Assembly (NCBI GenBank): GCA_963833025.1
Contig: CAWHWI010000001.1
Coordinates: 1,948,170-2,012,169 of the forward strand
Origin: an uncultured delta proteobacterium
Lineage (GTDB): Bacteria; Desulfobacterota; Binatia; Binatales; Binataceae
Length of the DNA: 64,000 nucleotides
Direction of reading: 5' to 3'
Notes under the pieces: model-generated
What the model was told of the DNA's origin: nothing
Databases searched by the model: none
What the model saw: only the letters and a program-made list of their open reading frames with translations
Translations under genes and position numbers: made by a program
Part shown: one piece after another, positions 10,710 through 20,131 of the stretch
How the letters are laid out: each line of letters opens with the position of its first letter
How positions within the stretch are numbered: position 1 is the first letter of the stretch

Positions 10710-11933
10710 TCAACTGCGCGCGCCGATGACATTCAAGAGGCGCGAGACTAGCGAATTTGAAGAATCGCTTTCGGTGGACTCTTCGCCCACCTCGAGCCGC
10801 CGCGCCAGGTCTTCGATGCTTTTGGCCAGCGGCGAGTTCGGCGCCACCTGCCACAAATCCTGTGCGCTCAATTGCACCCGGTCCAGAACTTTTTCGTCGC
10901 GCGGAATACGCGTGTGAATCGATTTCGCCAGCGTATGGCTCAGCTGCTCTTCGCTTATCGGATGATTCGCCACGTACCGGCTCAAAATGAAGTTGGGCTC
11001 GAGGCCCGTCAGCCCCAGCCGTCCCACCAGGTCGACGAATCGCCACGCGCATCGGGCCGCGCCGATCGATTGGTCGAGTACGTAAAACAGATGGCTCGAG
11101 CGCTCCCAGGCCGCGACCGTGTTCGCGTCGATATGCGTGCCGCAATCGACTATCACGAAGTCGAACAACTGGCGCATCAGATCGAGAATCGCGCCGACGA
11201 TCGTGTCGCTGACCAACTCGCTGTCTTCGATCCGCTTGGGCGCGGCCAGCAGGTAGACGCCCGACGCATGCTTGCTGAGCGCCGATTCGAGTTGAATCGA
11301 ATCGAGCTTTCGCGTGCCCTCGGCCAGCGCCATGATCGTGCGCTCGGGTTCGAGGTTCAGGAACACCGACAGGCCACCCGTCTGCAAATCGAGATCCACC
11401 ACCGCGACCCGCTTGTCGAACGTGTAGCGCAGCGCCAGCGCCAGGTTGGCCGCCAGACTCGTGACGCCGGTGCCGCCTATCAGGCTCACCAGCGAAACGA
11501 TCGTGCCGCCGCCAACATGAACTTCTTCGCGCCGGCGGCTCTCGCTGATCTTGAGCAGCGCGCGCGTCGCGTCGCCGGGATCCAGCGGCAGAAACAGCAA
11601 CTCATCGGCGCCGGCTCTCAGCACCCGCTTCATCAAGTCCGGAGAACGATCGTGCAGCAGCGCGAAAAGGACCGGGCGGGGCTCTCGCCCCGCCTGGGTG
11701 TTCAGATAACTAAGAGATAGTTCGTCGTTGCCGTTGAACACCACCATCGTGACGTCGACGGAGGCGTCGGTGGCGGCGTCGGGATCCGGCTCCAGCTCCT
11801 GGATATTGAGGACCGGATCCCCCAAGGCGGCGAGCGCATCCCTGACTTCTGCGCGATGATCGCCGCCTTCGCCAACTAATTGAACCTTCAGGCCGTTACG
11901 TGACCCGTCACTTTTTTTACCGAGCGATGACAC
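10710..11933 (-). CDS. cpaE: Pilus localisation protein CpaE/TadZ (atypical receiver plus MinD-like domain)
   Basis: VLRAGADELL receiver; degenerate Walker A IGGTGVTS; VDLDLQTG; FDFVIVD. Confidence 0.9.
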   Translation of the reverse strand: MSSLGKKSDGSRNGLKVQLVGEGGDHRAEVRDALAALGDPVLNIQELEPDPDAATDASVDVTMVVFNGNDELSLSYLNTQAGREPRPVLFALLHDRSPDLMKRVLRAGADELLFLPLDPGDATRALLKISESRRREEVHVGGGTIVSLVSLIGGTGVTSLAANLALALRYTFDKRVAVVDLDLQTGGLSVFLNLEPERTIMALAEGTRKLDSIQLESALSKHASGVYLLAAPKRIEDSELVSDTIVGAILDLMRQLFDFVIVDCGTHIDANTVAAWERSSHLFYVLDQSIGAARCAWRFVDLVGRLGLTGLEPNFILSRYVANHPISEEQLSHTLAKSIHTRIPRDEKVLDRVQLSAQDLWQVAPNSPLAKSIEDLARRLEVGEESTESDSSNSLVSRLLNVIGARS

Positions 11934-12010
11934 TACACATTCCCCTTCGTCTACCTATGTCGTGTCACATCATGCACTAATTTCTCGGCTATGTCTCGTC
12001 CTTCGCCGAA

Positions 12011-13942
12011 TTAAAATCTCGGCCGAGTTGCATCGGGCTGCGCCAAACGACGGGTTTCGATCTGCTCAGGCGTCAGTTCCGGCACCGAAGTCGGATTGTA
12101 AACCTGGGCGCCCGAAGGCAGCGGCTGCACGATTTGCGGCGTTACGCTCATCACCAGGTCCGTTTCGGTGTTCGAATAACTGGTGTTGCGGAACAGTCCG
12201 CCGAGGTACGGAACGTCGCCGAGGTACGGCACTTTGTCGATATTAGTTTTCTTTTCGTGCAGGATGAGTCCCGCGATGATCAGCGTCTGATTGTCCCTGA
12301 GCTGGACCATCGTTTCAGCGCGCCGCGTCACGAACGCCGGCACGGTGAAGCCGAACAACTGCACGCCTTCGGCGAAATCCGGCTCCGACACTTCGGGCTT
12401 CACCAGCAACTCGATTTGATCGCGGCCGACCACGGTCGGAACGAATTCAACCGAGGTGCCGAACTGCTTGAAGACGATCGAGGTGTTCAATGCCTGCGCG
12501 ATGACAATTGGAATTTCGCCGCCGGACAGGAACTTTGCCTCTTCGCCTGAATTAGCCAGCAATTGCGGCTGCGCGAGAATCTTCCCGAGGTTGTGCTGCT
12601 CCAGGTACTGGAAGAATCCCTGCAACGCGTAATCCTTGTTGCCCAACGCCAGGCCGTAGGTCAGCCCCTGCGACAGTATGAGGCCGGTAAGCTCTCCCGC
12701 GGGTGCCAGCGATTGATTGACTGAAGCAACCGTTCCAGCGGGGGAGGTGACGCTCACCGACGGCGAGAACGGTGTCGCTACCGCGCCGGGCAATCCGACC
12801 GCCCCTAATCCCAGGTGGGTGAGCGCGAATGACAGGTTGGTGCCCTGGTTCTCGATAGCGGAGCGGTCCAGTTCAGCCACCATCGTCGCGAGCAACACCT
12901 GCTGTTTACCGTTGGGATCTATGCGCACCGGGCGCTCGTTGTATTGGCCCTGCTGGTCCCAGACTGCCAGCGTCGTGAAGCCCGGCTTGTGGCCTATCAG
13001 GTTGACCTGGAACGGATTGATCACCTGGATATCGGCGACGGTGGTATCGGCGATCGACACGCGGCGCAAGCGGGTCGGAAAGTCGATAATTTTCGACGCG
13101 CCGGTCTGCAACTGAACGCCATCTTCGGGCAGATAGTGACGTCCACCCGAAATCGCACCTGAATGCAGTTCGCCACCGCTTAAACTGATCGAGGGATCCA
13201 TCCGGTAGCGCTCGCTTGACACTGCCGCCGCAGCCGTCTGACTGGAGGGCGCGGCAGGTGGCGGAGTGTAAGCGTAATTAGCAGCCGGAGTCGACGGAGC
13301 GAAATCAAAGGTCGTAGAAGCAGGAGGCGGCGCGGTTACCGGAGCGGGCGCTACCGGAGCCGATGCCGGCGCGCCAGGCGATGCGGCCGCGACCGTTTCC
13401 GGGTTGCCCACAGTCGAGCTGGTTCCGCCAGATATCGATGAAGATGTCGATGAAGACGAGGAAGTTGACGACGACGATCCCACCGGACCCGCGCCTGCGT
13501 CGAGCTTCGCGACTACTGGAGCCGCCGCAGTGCCCGAGGAAGCACCGGTGCCTGTGATCGGCGCCGGACTGGTGCCTGGATGATTGATGTCGTAGGGGTT
13601 GGAGACCGATTTGACGTTGACGTCATACTTGACCGTGTCGCCAGCCGCCGTTTTGACAGAAACGGTCCATTCGCCGGTTTCCGCGCCCATCAGCACGACT
13701 TTGCCCGGCTCTTCGTTGTGTACCACCAGCGCGTGCGGATTTGTGATCACGTCTACGGCCGGCGTCTCGCCAGGGCTGACGTTGTTGATTACGTAACTCT
13801 CACCCGCATTCAGGTTGAGAGACATTTCCGTGACCCCGCTATCGGCCGCGCTCAACATGCCGGGCTGAAGCACGAGCATGCTGACAGCTGCAACCAGCCA
13901 CGGAAGCAATCCACATCCACGTTTTGCTTTCATCTTCTTCAC
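12011..13942 (-). CDS. cpaC: Tad secretin CpaC/RcpA with an extended N-terminus
   Basis: ILAQPQLLANSGEEAKFLSGGEIPI, FKQFGTSVEFVP, KVPYLGDVPYLGGLFR; N domain RRVSIAD..VADI...GFTTLAVWD. Confidence 0.93.
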   Translation of the reverse strand: MKKMKAKRGCGLLPWLVAAVSMLVLQPGMLSAADSGVTEMSLNLNAGESYVINNVSPGETPAVDVITNPHALVVHNEEPGKVVLMGAETGEWTVSVKTAAGDTVKYDVNVKSVSNPYDINHPGTSPAPITGTGASSGTAAAPVVAKLDAGAGPVGSSSSTSSSSSTSSSISGGTSSTVGNPETVAAASPGAPASAPVAPAPVTAPPPASTTFDFAPSTPAANYAYTPPPAAPSSQTAAAAVSSERYRMDPSISLSGGELHSGAISGGRHYLPEDGVQLQTGASKIIDFPTRLRRVSIADTTVADIQVINPFQVNLIGHKPGFTTLAVWDQQGQYNERPVRIDPNGKQQVLLATMVAELDRSAIENQGTNLSFALTHLGLGAVGLPGAVATPFSPSVSVTSPAGTVASVNQSLAPAGELTGLILSQGLTYGLALGNKDYALQGFFQYLEQHNLGKILAQPQLLANSGEEAKFLSGGEIPIVIAQALNTSIVFKQFGTSVEFVPTVVGRDQIELLVKPEVSEPDFAEGVQLFGFTVPAFVTRRAETMVQLRDNQTLIIAGLILHEKKTNIDKVPYLGDVPYLGGLFRNTSYSNTETDLVMSVTPQIVQPLPSGAQVYNPTSVPELTPEQIETRRLAQPDATRPRF

Positions 13943-13959
13943 CTTGCCTTCTTCGCGGC

Positions 13960-15054
13960 CTACGGTACTTCGATAGTTCTGGGCGTTGGGACGTGATCCG
14001 GCGCAACATTCGGTGCACCCGCCGGAGCGACGTAGCTGCTCACGGGAGCGGTCTCGAGGTCATGATGATCGGGTTCAGGAGCGCTCGCCACCGTGGTTGA
14101 ATCTGACGCGGCGCTGCTGGTGGTATTGTCGTCATCCGAGAACTCTGCCGCATCGCTGGAGGCATGCCGGGAGCTCTTCGAGCCCTCGCTGTCCGCCGCC
14201 GCTTCGTTCACGAACGAGACTGACTCGGACGACTTCCCGTTGCGAAGAATCTCGATCTCGACCGGCTTGCGCCGATGCGGTGTCGCGGCCACCACGCGGC
14301 GCGGCTCCGGCTGCACGGCCATCACCGGAACGTCGGGCGTTAGGCTGTAGGCGCGCAGCATCTGGGCAACGTCGGTGCCGCTGGTCAGTACTATCTTGTT
14401 GTCATTGTAATTGCGCATCGCCAGGCGCAGCGATCCCGCGTGACTCGCCAACGCGAGGCGCTCGGCCTCTTGCGGCGTAACCAACAGCGTGACGACTTTC
14501 ACGATTGTCGGCTCGTCCTTCTTCTCCTCGACCTCTTGCGCGACGGCGAGCACTTCCACGTTCTGCAGAACTACTTTCGAGAACTCCTTGGAGCCCTCGC
14601 CGCTGGTGGTCGCGACCAGCACGTCCACCCGCGTATGCGGCAGCACGAAGCCCGCGACGTCGCTGACTTCATCCACCGGAACTGACACGGCGCGCATCCC
14701 GAATGGGATCAATAGCGGCATCACGCCCGCCGTCTTGTCCCCGGTGAAGAGTTTGGCTTGCACCACCGGCTCATTGGCTACCAATGAGTTCTTGACGTAG
14801 CTGCCGATTACCTGTTTGGGATCGGTGTACGCACCGTCCGGCATGCTGTCGGCCGACCAGCGCGTCATCTTTACTTCGCCCAAGTCGATCTTGGTGCCGA
14901 GTGGAAGATCGTACGCCGCGACTACGACCTGTACGTTACGCGCCATCGCGTTCTGCACTTCGGCTTCCCTCCGCTTCAAAGCGGAGTACACCATCACCGA
15001 AGCCAGCATAGCCGCCAACCCCGCTAGTAAGACGAATACCATCGGTCGTCTCAT
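13960..15054 (-). CDS. cpaB: Flp pilus assembly protein CpaB/RcpC
   Basis: SAF domain VVVAAYDLPLG; GMRAVSVPVDEVSDVAGFVLPHTRVDV; VTLLVTPQEAERL. Confidence 0.95.
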   Translation of the reverse strand: MRRPMVFVLLAGLAAMLASVMVYSALKRREAEVQNAMARNVQVVVAAYDLPLGTKIDLGEVKMTRWSADSMPDGAYTDPKQVIGSYVKNSLVANEPVVQAKLFTGDKTAGVMPLLIPFGMRAVSVPVDEVSDVAGFVLPHTRVDVLVATTSGEGSKEFSKVVLQNVEVLAVAQEVEEKKDEPTIVKVVTLLVTPQEAERLALASHAGSLRLAMRNYNDNKIVLTSGTDVAQMLRAYSLTPDVPVMAVQPEPRRVVAATPHRRKPVEIEILRNGKSSESVSFVNEAAADSEGSKSSRHASSDAAEFSDDDNTTSSAASDSTTVASAPEPDHHDLETAPVSSYVAPAGAPNVAPDHVPTPRTIEVP

Positions 15055-15324
15055 ATCGCCCCTCCCCCCGGCTGCTCATATGGCAGACCGGCTATCTTCG
15101 AATACTTAAAGCAAACTACCCGTATCTATTTGCCTCTTTACCACGCGAAACGCAACATTAGCTAGACAGGCCGGTGGGGAAAACAAATGAATACGAGCCG
15201 GTGGAATAGGACCGAGTTCGAACCAGGTAGTCGAAATGACGCTCCTTCGGCGCGTAATTGAATCTGCCGGCATCACAACCTCCCCAAAAAAACGTGAATG
15301 GCTGCCTAAAACAGCGAACACACG

Positions 15325-15495
15325 CTAATTAAACAGGTTAACCACGTTAATGGTCAACGCCTTGATAATAGTACCCGCAGTTTGCGTTAGAGCAACACAT
15401 ACTGTGGCGATCGTCGCGAGAATGATCGCATACTCGGCCATCGTCTGACCGCGCGGATTGGCTATCAATTGGTAAACGCTCTTCAGCTGTTTCAT
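15325..15495 (-). CDS. flp: Flp family type IVb pilin, divergent copy (56 aa)
   Basis: MKQLKSVYQLIANPRG-QTMAEYAIILA; G/xxxxEY cleavage motif; GGGAGG RBS. Confidence 0.88.
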   Translation of the reverse strand: MKQLKSVYQLIANPRGQTMAEYAIILATIATVCVALTQTAGTIIKALTINVVNLFN

Positions 15496-15543
15496 TGACC
15501 TCCCCTCCCAGGGTTGTCGTCCTCTATCCGGAGTCATCACTCC

Positions 15544-15570
15544 TAGAGGGGGTCTGTTCGGACCCCCTCT
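15544..15570. terminator. Strong hairpin between flp copies (terminator or mRNA stabiliser)
   Basis: AGAGGGGGTC-loop-GACCCCCTCT perfect 10-bp stem; no U-tract on the minus strand. Confidence 0.5.
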
Positions 15571-15680
15571 AAGAAACCACGGCTCCTAACGACCGCGGGC
15601 CATTGGACAGCTGCCAGGTTTTCAATTTGATTGGGGGTGGCGGTGGGTTAGTCCGCCACCCCGATTTCACCCTTCGAAAT

Positions 15681-15851
15681 CTAGAGCTGGCCGTCAACGG
15701 TGCCGAGCAGCTTGGTGATGGTCGTGCCCATGGTCTGATAGCCCACGAACACCACGACCGCGACCGCGGCCATGATCAACGCGTATTCCGCCATCGTCTG
15801 ACCGCGCTGAGCCTCGCGCACCTTTACAAACAACCTCGTGATTTTGTCCAT
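15681..15851 (-). CDS. flp: Flp pilin (56 aa), not in the ORF track
   Basis: Manual translation MDKITRLFVKVREAQRG-QTMAEYALIMAAVAVVVFVGYQTMGTTITKLLGTVDGQL; AAGGAGG RBS. Confidence 0.93.
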   Translation of the reverse strand: MDKITRLFVKVREAQRGQTMAEYALIMAAVAVVVFVGYQTMGTTITKLLGTVDGQL

Positions 15852-16022
15852 GTCCCGTGTCCTCCTTCCTATCGTTTTTTTGGCCGAAATTGGCCATTGT
15901 CCCCGTTACTTGGTCTGACCTGCTCAACTTCGCGCCAACGAACCGAAGGCGCGAAGGGTTTTTTGGCTTTGGTGTGGCGGAGCATTTAGATCCGCCACAC
16001 CTGGGATTTCACCCTTCGAGAT

Positions 16023-16193
16023 TTAGAGCTGGCCGTCTACGGTGCCGAGCAGCTTGGTGATGGTCGTGCCCATGGTCTGATAGCCCACGAACACCACAAC
16101 CGCGACTGCGGCCATGATCAACGCATATTCCGCCATCGTCTGACCGCGCTGAGCCTCGCGCACCTTTACAAACAACCTCGTGATCTTGTCCAT
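16023..16193 (-). CDS. flp: Flp pilin (56 aa), same protein as 15681-15851
   Basis: Identical translation; AAGGAGG RBS before ATG 16193. Confidence 0.93.
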   Translation of the reverse strand: MDKITRLFVKVREAQRGQTMAEYALIMAAVAVVVFVGYQTMGTTITKLLGTVDGQL

Positions 16194-16259
16194 GTCCCGT
16201 GTCCTCCTTCGATTTGTTTTTTTGGCCAAAATCGGCCATTGTCCCCGTAGTTAATATGC

Positions 16260-16274
16260 TCAAACCTGATGCCT
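16260..16274 (-). promoter_or_regulatory. Candidate sigma54 -24/-12 element for the flp/tad operon
   Basis: AGGCATC-AGGT-TTGA against consensus TGGCACG-N4-TTGC. The implied start falls where the leader shared by both flp copies (ACGGGGACAATGG) begins. Alternative TGGCAC-AAGAG-ATGCT at 16480-16495. Confidence 0.4.
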
Positions 16275-16687
16275 GGACTGTCTTCTCGCGAAGAAAAACT
16301 CTTTTTGCTTGTGCTCAGCTTTACTGTGTCAAAATGACACTTGTAATGCTATAACACAGCTACAAATCTCCCGTCAATCAATCCCCGTGATCGTCGTTTA
16401 TCCTCATCAAATCTGGTCTATCGTTTGCTCTCCCGTTCAAAGAACGGCGCTCAACTGTGCTAAGCAGAGACTTGGGGAGAGCATCTCTTGTGCCACTTTG
16501 ATCTATTCAGCAATTCGTTCGACTTTTTAGGTTTAAGGCAAACTACGGTAGCCGCAGTGTTGCAACTGATGGTTGCGAAGCCGCAACAGACAAGGGCTTA
16601 GAGTACGTGCTGTTGAGAGTCTAAAATGGCTGAAGATGGTTTAGACCAGACATGGATTCATTGGGCTATTGCCTCAATGGTAGAACT

Positions 16688-17107
16688 TCAGTCGACGGGC
16701 TCGAACGCAATCCGATCGCCCACATCCGTCGAACTCTCGTCCGCCGCGCCCGCCGGCAGCTCGAGCGCTCGTCGCGCGCCAAAAACTATCGACGAGACCC
16801 GCCACGGCCGTAGCCGCCGGTTGATCTTCACCACCGTGTCGCCGCGCCCGATGAAAACGATGTCGATCGCGAAGCGCATGAAGAACATGTGCATCCACAT
16901 GAACGGCGTGAAGCGGCCGTTCTCGAACAGCATCCCGGTGCCGGGCTCGAGCCCGTCGCGACCCAGCAGACCGCGACCCTGGCCGGCGAGACCGCCGGCG
17001 TCCTCAAGTCGAGCGCATAGCACGGTCCTGCGGGTTTGATTGACTGCTCGAAGCGAAGCTTGCACGGTCGACGTTGTCGATGCGTCGGGCGTTCGGGACT
17101 GTCTCAT
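16688..17107 (-). CDS. DUF192 family protein
   Basis: RGLLGRDGL..GTGMLF, HMFFMRFAIDIVF, LELPAG. Confidence 0.88.
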   Translation of the reverse strand: MRQSRTPDASTTSTVQASLRAVNQTRRTVLCARLEDAGGLAGQGRGLLGRDGLEPGTGMLFENGRFTPFMWMHMFFMRFAIDIVFIGRGDTVVKINRRLRPWRVSSIVFGARRALELPAGAADESSTDVGDRIAFEPVD

Positions 17108-17140
17108 TCCCTCATCATGTAATAAAATCGCGTCAGTTTC

Positions 17141-17839
17141 ATGCGCTACATTTCAATATTTCTCGACGTGGCCGGCCGCGAATGCGCGGTGGTCGGTGGC
17201 GGCCAGGTCGCCGCGCGCAAAGTCGAGTCGCTGCTCGAGGCGGGCGCCCACGTAACTGTCGTGAGTCCGCGCCTGTCGCCGTCGATGGAAGCTATCGTTG
17301 CGCGCGGGCTGGTGATTCATATCGCTCGCGGCTATGCGCGCGGCGATATCCGCGGATGCGTGCTGGTTTACGCCGCAACTGACGATCCGAAATTGCATCG
17401 CGAGCTTGCGGCCGAGGCGCGCGCGCTCGGGATCCCGATCAACGTCGTCGATGTACCCGAGTTGTGCACGTTCATCGCGCCTGCGGTCGTGAAGCGCGGC
17501 GCGCTCCAAATCGCAATCTCGACCAGCGGTGCGTCGCCCGCATTTGCGGCGCGGCTGAGACGCACGCTGGAGGCTCAGTTCGGGGCCGAGTACGCGCTCA
17601 CGCTTGAAGTGCTGCGCGCGGCGCGCCGGCGGTTGCATAGCGATGAAATCGATCCCGCCGATCGCATGCGCCGGCTGAAGGACCTCGCCAACTCCGCGCT
17701 GCCCGAAGCGATTGCGGTTGGCGACGTAACCGCGATCGAGCGGATACTTGCCACGCATCTTGGTGACGGGGTCGGACTTGCGCGGCTCGGAATCGATCCG
17801 GCTGCCTTCAACCTCCCGCGCGCTGAATTCCGCCAGTGA
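17141..17839 (+). CDS. sirC: Precorrin-2 dehydrogenase / sirohydrochlorin ferrochelatase (CysG N-terminal, SirC)
   Basis: VVGGGQVAARK, AATDD, NVVDVPELCTF, ISTSGASP. Confidence 0.93.
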   Translation: MRYISIFLDVAGRECAVVGGGQVAARKVESLLEAGAHVTVVSPRLSPSMEAIVARGLVIHIARGYARGDIRGCVLVYAATDDPKLHRELAAEARALGIPINVVDVPELCTFIAPAVVKRGALQIAISTSGASPAFAARLRRTLEAQFGAEYALTLEVLRAARRRLHSDEIDPADRMRRLKDLANSALPEAIAVGDVTAIERILATHLGDGVGLARLGIDPAAFNLPRAEFRQ

Positions 17840-17851
17840 AAAACTAAAATA

Positions 17852-18679
17852 ATGGATACGCTATGGCTAATGCCCGCGCTCGCGTGTTACACGCTCTCCG
17901 CGGCTTTATTTGTTTTCGATCGTTCGTCGGGCCGCACGCGCGCGACCGGCTATGCGGTCGCGATACTCGGCGCGGGTGCAATCTTTCATGCGCTTGATTT
18001 GACCGCGCGCGGATTGCAAGCCGGCAATATCCCGGTCGCCAATTTTGCGCAGGCGCTGTCGTTTCTTGCGTGGCTGACCGCGCTGGCGGGGCTGGTGATG
18101 ATCGTGCGGCTTCGGCTGGCGGTGATCGGCGCGTTCGTGGCTCCCGCCGTCACGATCGCTCTGGGAGCCGCTTCGCTCACGACCAGCAGCGGACGCCTGG
18201 TATTGCCGGAGACTCTCCGCAGCGTGTGGCTGCCGATTCACGTCACGCTCGCAATCCTCGGCTACACGATGTTCGTGCTGGCGGCGAGCGTGAGTATCGT
18301 CTATCTCGCTTACGAGTCGCGGCTCAAATCCAAACGCGCGCTCGGCCCGGCCAACGAAGGCGCGCCGAGTCTCGAAAAGCTCGACCGAATCAACTATCAC
18401 CTGCTGGGATGGGGCTTCATAATGTTGAGCCTGGCGATCGTGAGCGGCGCGATTTGGGCCGACGCGACGTGGGGACATTTCTGGTCGTGGGAGCCCAAGG
18501 AATCCTGGTCGCTGGTCATTTGGATACTCTACGCGGGCCTGCTCGAATCGCGCTTGACGGTTGGATGGCGCGGGCGGCGCGCCGCGGCGCTGACGATTGT
18601 GCTGGCGAGCGTGTTGGTTGGTTCGTTCGTCGGCGTTAACCTGATCTTTCCGGGCAAGCACGGCGGCAGCTTTGGCTGA
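17852..18679 (+). CDS. ccsA: Cytochrome c assembly protein CcsA / HemX-like
   Basis: Multi-TM; WLPIHV; WWD motif GAIWADATWGHFWSWEPKESWS. Confidence 0.9.
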   Translation: MDTLWLMPALACYTLSAALFVFDRSSGRTRATGYAVAILGAGAIFHALDLTARGLQAGNIPVANFAQALSFLAWLTALAGLVMIVRLRLAVIGAFVAPAVTIALGAASLTTSSGRLVLPETLRSVWLPIHVTLAILGYTMFVLAASVSIVYLAYESRLKSKRALGPANEGAPSLEKLDRINYHLLGWGFIMLSLAIVSGAIWADATWGHFWSWEPKESWSLVIWILYAGLLESRLTVGWRGRRAAALTIVLASVLVGSFVGVNLIFPGKHGGSFG

Positions 18680-18681
18680 AA

Positions 18682-20016
18682 ATGGACCAGACTCTATTCA
18701 TCGTGGGTATTAACCATCGCAGCGCCGCCGTCGGGTTGCGCGAGCGGCTGGCGTTTGCCGACGACGAGATTGTCGCGTCGCTGGACAGACTGCGCGAGTC
18801 GTGCCCCGCGGTGGCAGAGGCGGCGCTTATCTCGACTTGCAATCGCGTCGAGGTGGTCGGAGTCGCGGCAGACGCAGCGCGCGCCGCTGATGAGACGCTC
18901 AATTTTCTGTCCGCGAATCGAAGCGTCGGGCAAACCGAGTTCGCCGAGTCGATTTACAGTTTCGCGGGGCGCGACGCCGCGCGTCATCTGTTCCGCGTCG
19001 GTGCGAGCCTCGATTCGATGGTCGTCGGCGAGCCGCAGATACTGGGTCAGCTCAAGCTCGCCTACGCGCAGGCGTCGGAGGCGCGCAGCGTCGGCTTGAT
19101 TCTGCATCGCGCGTTCCACAAGGCGTTCACGGTCGCCAAGCGTGTGCGCAAGGGCACGCTTATCGGTCACGGGTCGGTATCAGTCAGCTCGGCGGCGGTC
19201 GCGCTGGCGGGCCAGATTTTCGACACGTTGAAAGACAAGACCGTGATGCTGATGGGCGCGGGCAAGATGGCGGAGTTGACCGCGCGGCAGTTGGGCGCGC
19301 TCGGAGTCGAGTCGATCCTTATCACGTCGCGCACTTTCGATCGCGCGGTCGCGCTCGCGCGCGAGCTTGGCGGCACCGCGGTGCCGTACGACAACTACAA
19401 ACCGTACCTCAAGATGGTCGATGTGCTGATTGGATCGGTCGCGTCGACCAAGCCAATCCTCGGTCCCGACGAATTCGAGTTGATCGTGCGCGAGCGCCGT
19501 TACCGGCCGATGTTTCTGATCGACATGGGGGTGCCGCGCAACTTCGACGAGCGGCTGAACGCGCTGCAGAACGTTTACCTGTACGACATCGACGATCTCG
19601 GCGCGCTGGTTCAACGATCGCTCGGAGACCGCGAGCGCGAAGCCGAAAAGGCGGAACAAATCGTCGAGCTCGAGCTCGAATCGTTCCTCAAGTGGCTCGC
19701 GGGCCTCGACCTGACGCCGACGATCAAGGACATCCGCTATAGCGTCGAGCGGCTGCGCGACGACGAACTGGGGCGGGCGCGCGGATGGATGGCGCAGCTC
19801 GAACCCGCGGAGCGCGAGCGCGTCGAACTGCTGACGCGCGGACTGACCAACAAATTGCTGCATCGTATTTTGTCGGGACTCAAGCAGCGCGACGATAAGA
19901 CGCTCGACGCGGCGTTCGCGGCCGAGGTCGCGCGGCGATTGCTCGGCGCCGAGTTCGACGCGCAGGATGACGACCTCGACGACGCCGACGAAGATGACGA
20001 CGCGGATATCGAGTAA
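18682..20016 (+). CDS. hemA: Glutamyl-tRNA reductase
   Basis: GINHRSA, STCNRVE, LDSMVVGEPQILGQ, GAGKMA, DMGVPRN; acidic C-terminal tail. Confidence 0.97.
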   Translation: MDQTLFIVGINHRSAAVGLRERLAFADDEIVASLDRLRESCPAVAEAALISTCNRVEVVGVAADAARAADETLNFLSANRSVGQTEFAESIYSFAGRDAARHLFRVGASLDSMVVGEPQILGQLKLAYAQASEARSVGLILHRAFHKAFTVAKRVRKGTLIGHGSVSVSSAAVALAGQIFDTLKDKTVMLMGAGKMAELTARQLGALGVESILITSRTFDRAVALARELGGTAVPYDNYKPYLKMVDVLIGSVASTKPILGPDEFELIVRERRYRPMFLIDMGVPRNFDERLNALQNVYLYDIDDLGALVQRSLGDREREAEKAEQIVELELESFLKWLAGLDLTPTIKDIRYSVERLRDDELGRARGWMAQLEPAERERVELLTRGLTNKLLHRILSGLKQRDDKTLDAAFAAEVARRLLGAEFDAQDDDLDDADEDDDADIE

Positions 20017-20037
20017 CCGCCGGCCGACAAAAAGCGG

Positions 20038-20079
20038 AACCTAACCCCTAACCCCTTCCCGCGTGGGAAGGGGAACCGG
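20038..20079 (+). repeat. Intergenic repeat family B (AACCTAACCCCTAACCCCTTCCC-loop-GGGAAGGGGAACCGG)
   Basis: Half copy at 23642-23667; reverse copy at 31068-31110. Confidence 0.85.
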
Positions 20080-20131
20080 ATAGAGGCGGGAAATAAATGA
20101 TTAACCGGAGTATCGAGCGCGCTGACTCCTG

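Noticed and set aside
15200-15260. GTTCGAACC resembling a tRNA T-loop (likewise GGTTCGATT near 28572)
   Set aside because: No cloverleaf, acceptor stem or D-arm can be built around either.
16530-16610. GGCAAAC... segment resembling a c-di-GMP-I riboswitch upstream of the pilins
   Set aside because: It is on the wrong strand for the flp operon and lacks the GNRA tetraloop/receptor and P1 pairing.
17852-18679. ccsA-like gene inside the hem operon
   Set aside because: sirC-ccsA(hemX)-hemA-hemC-cobA/hemD is a known arrangement in deltaproteobacteria-like genomes.
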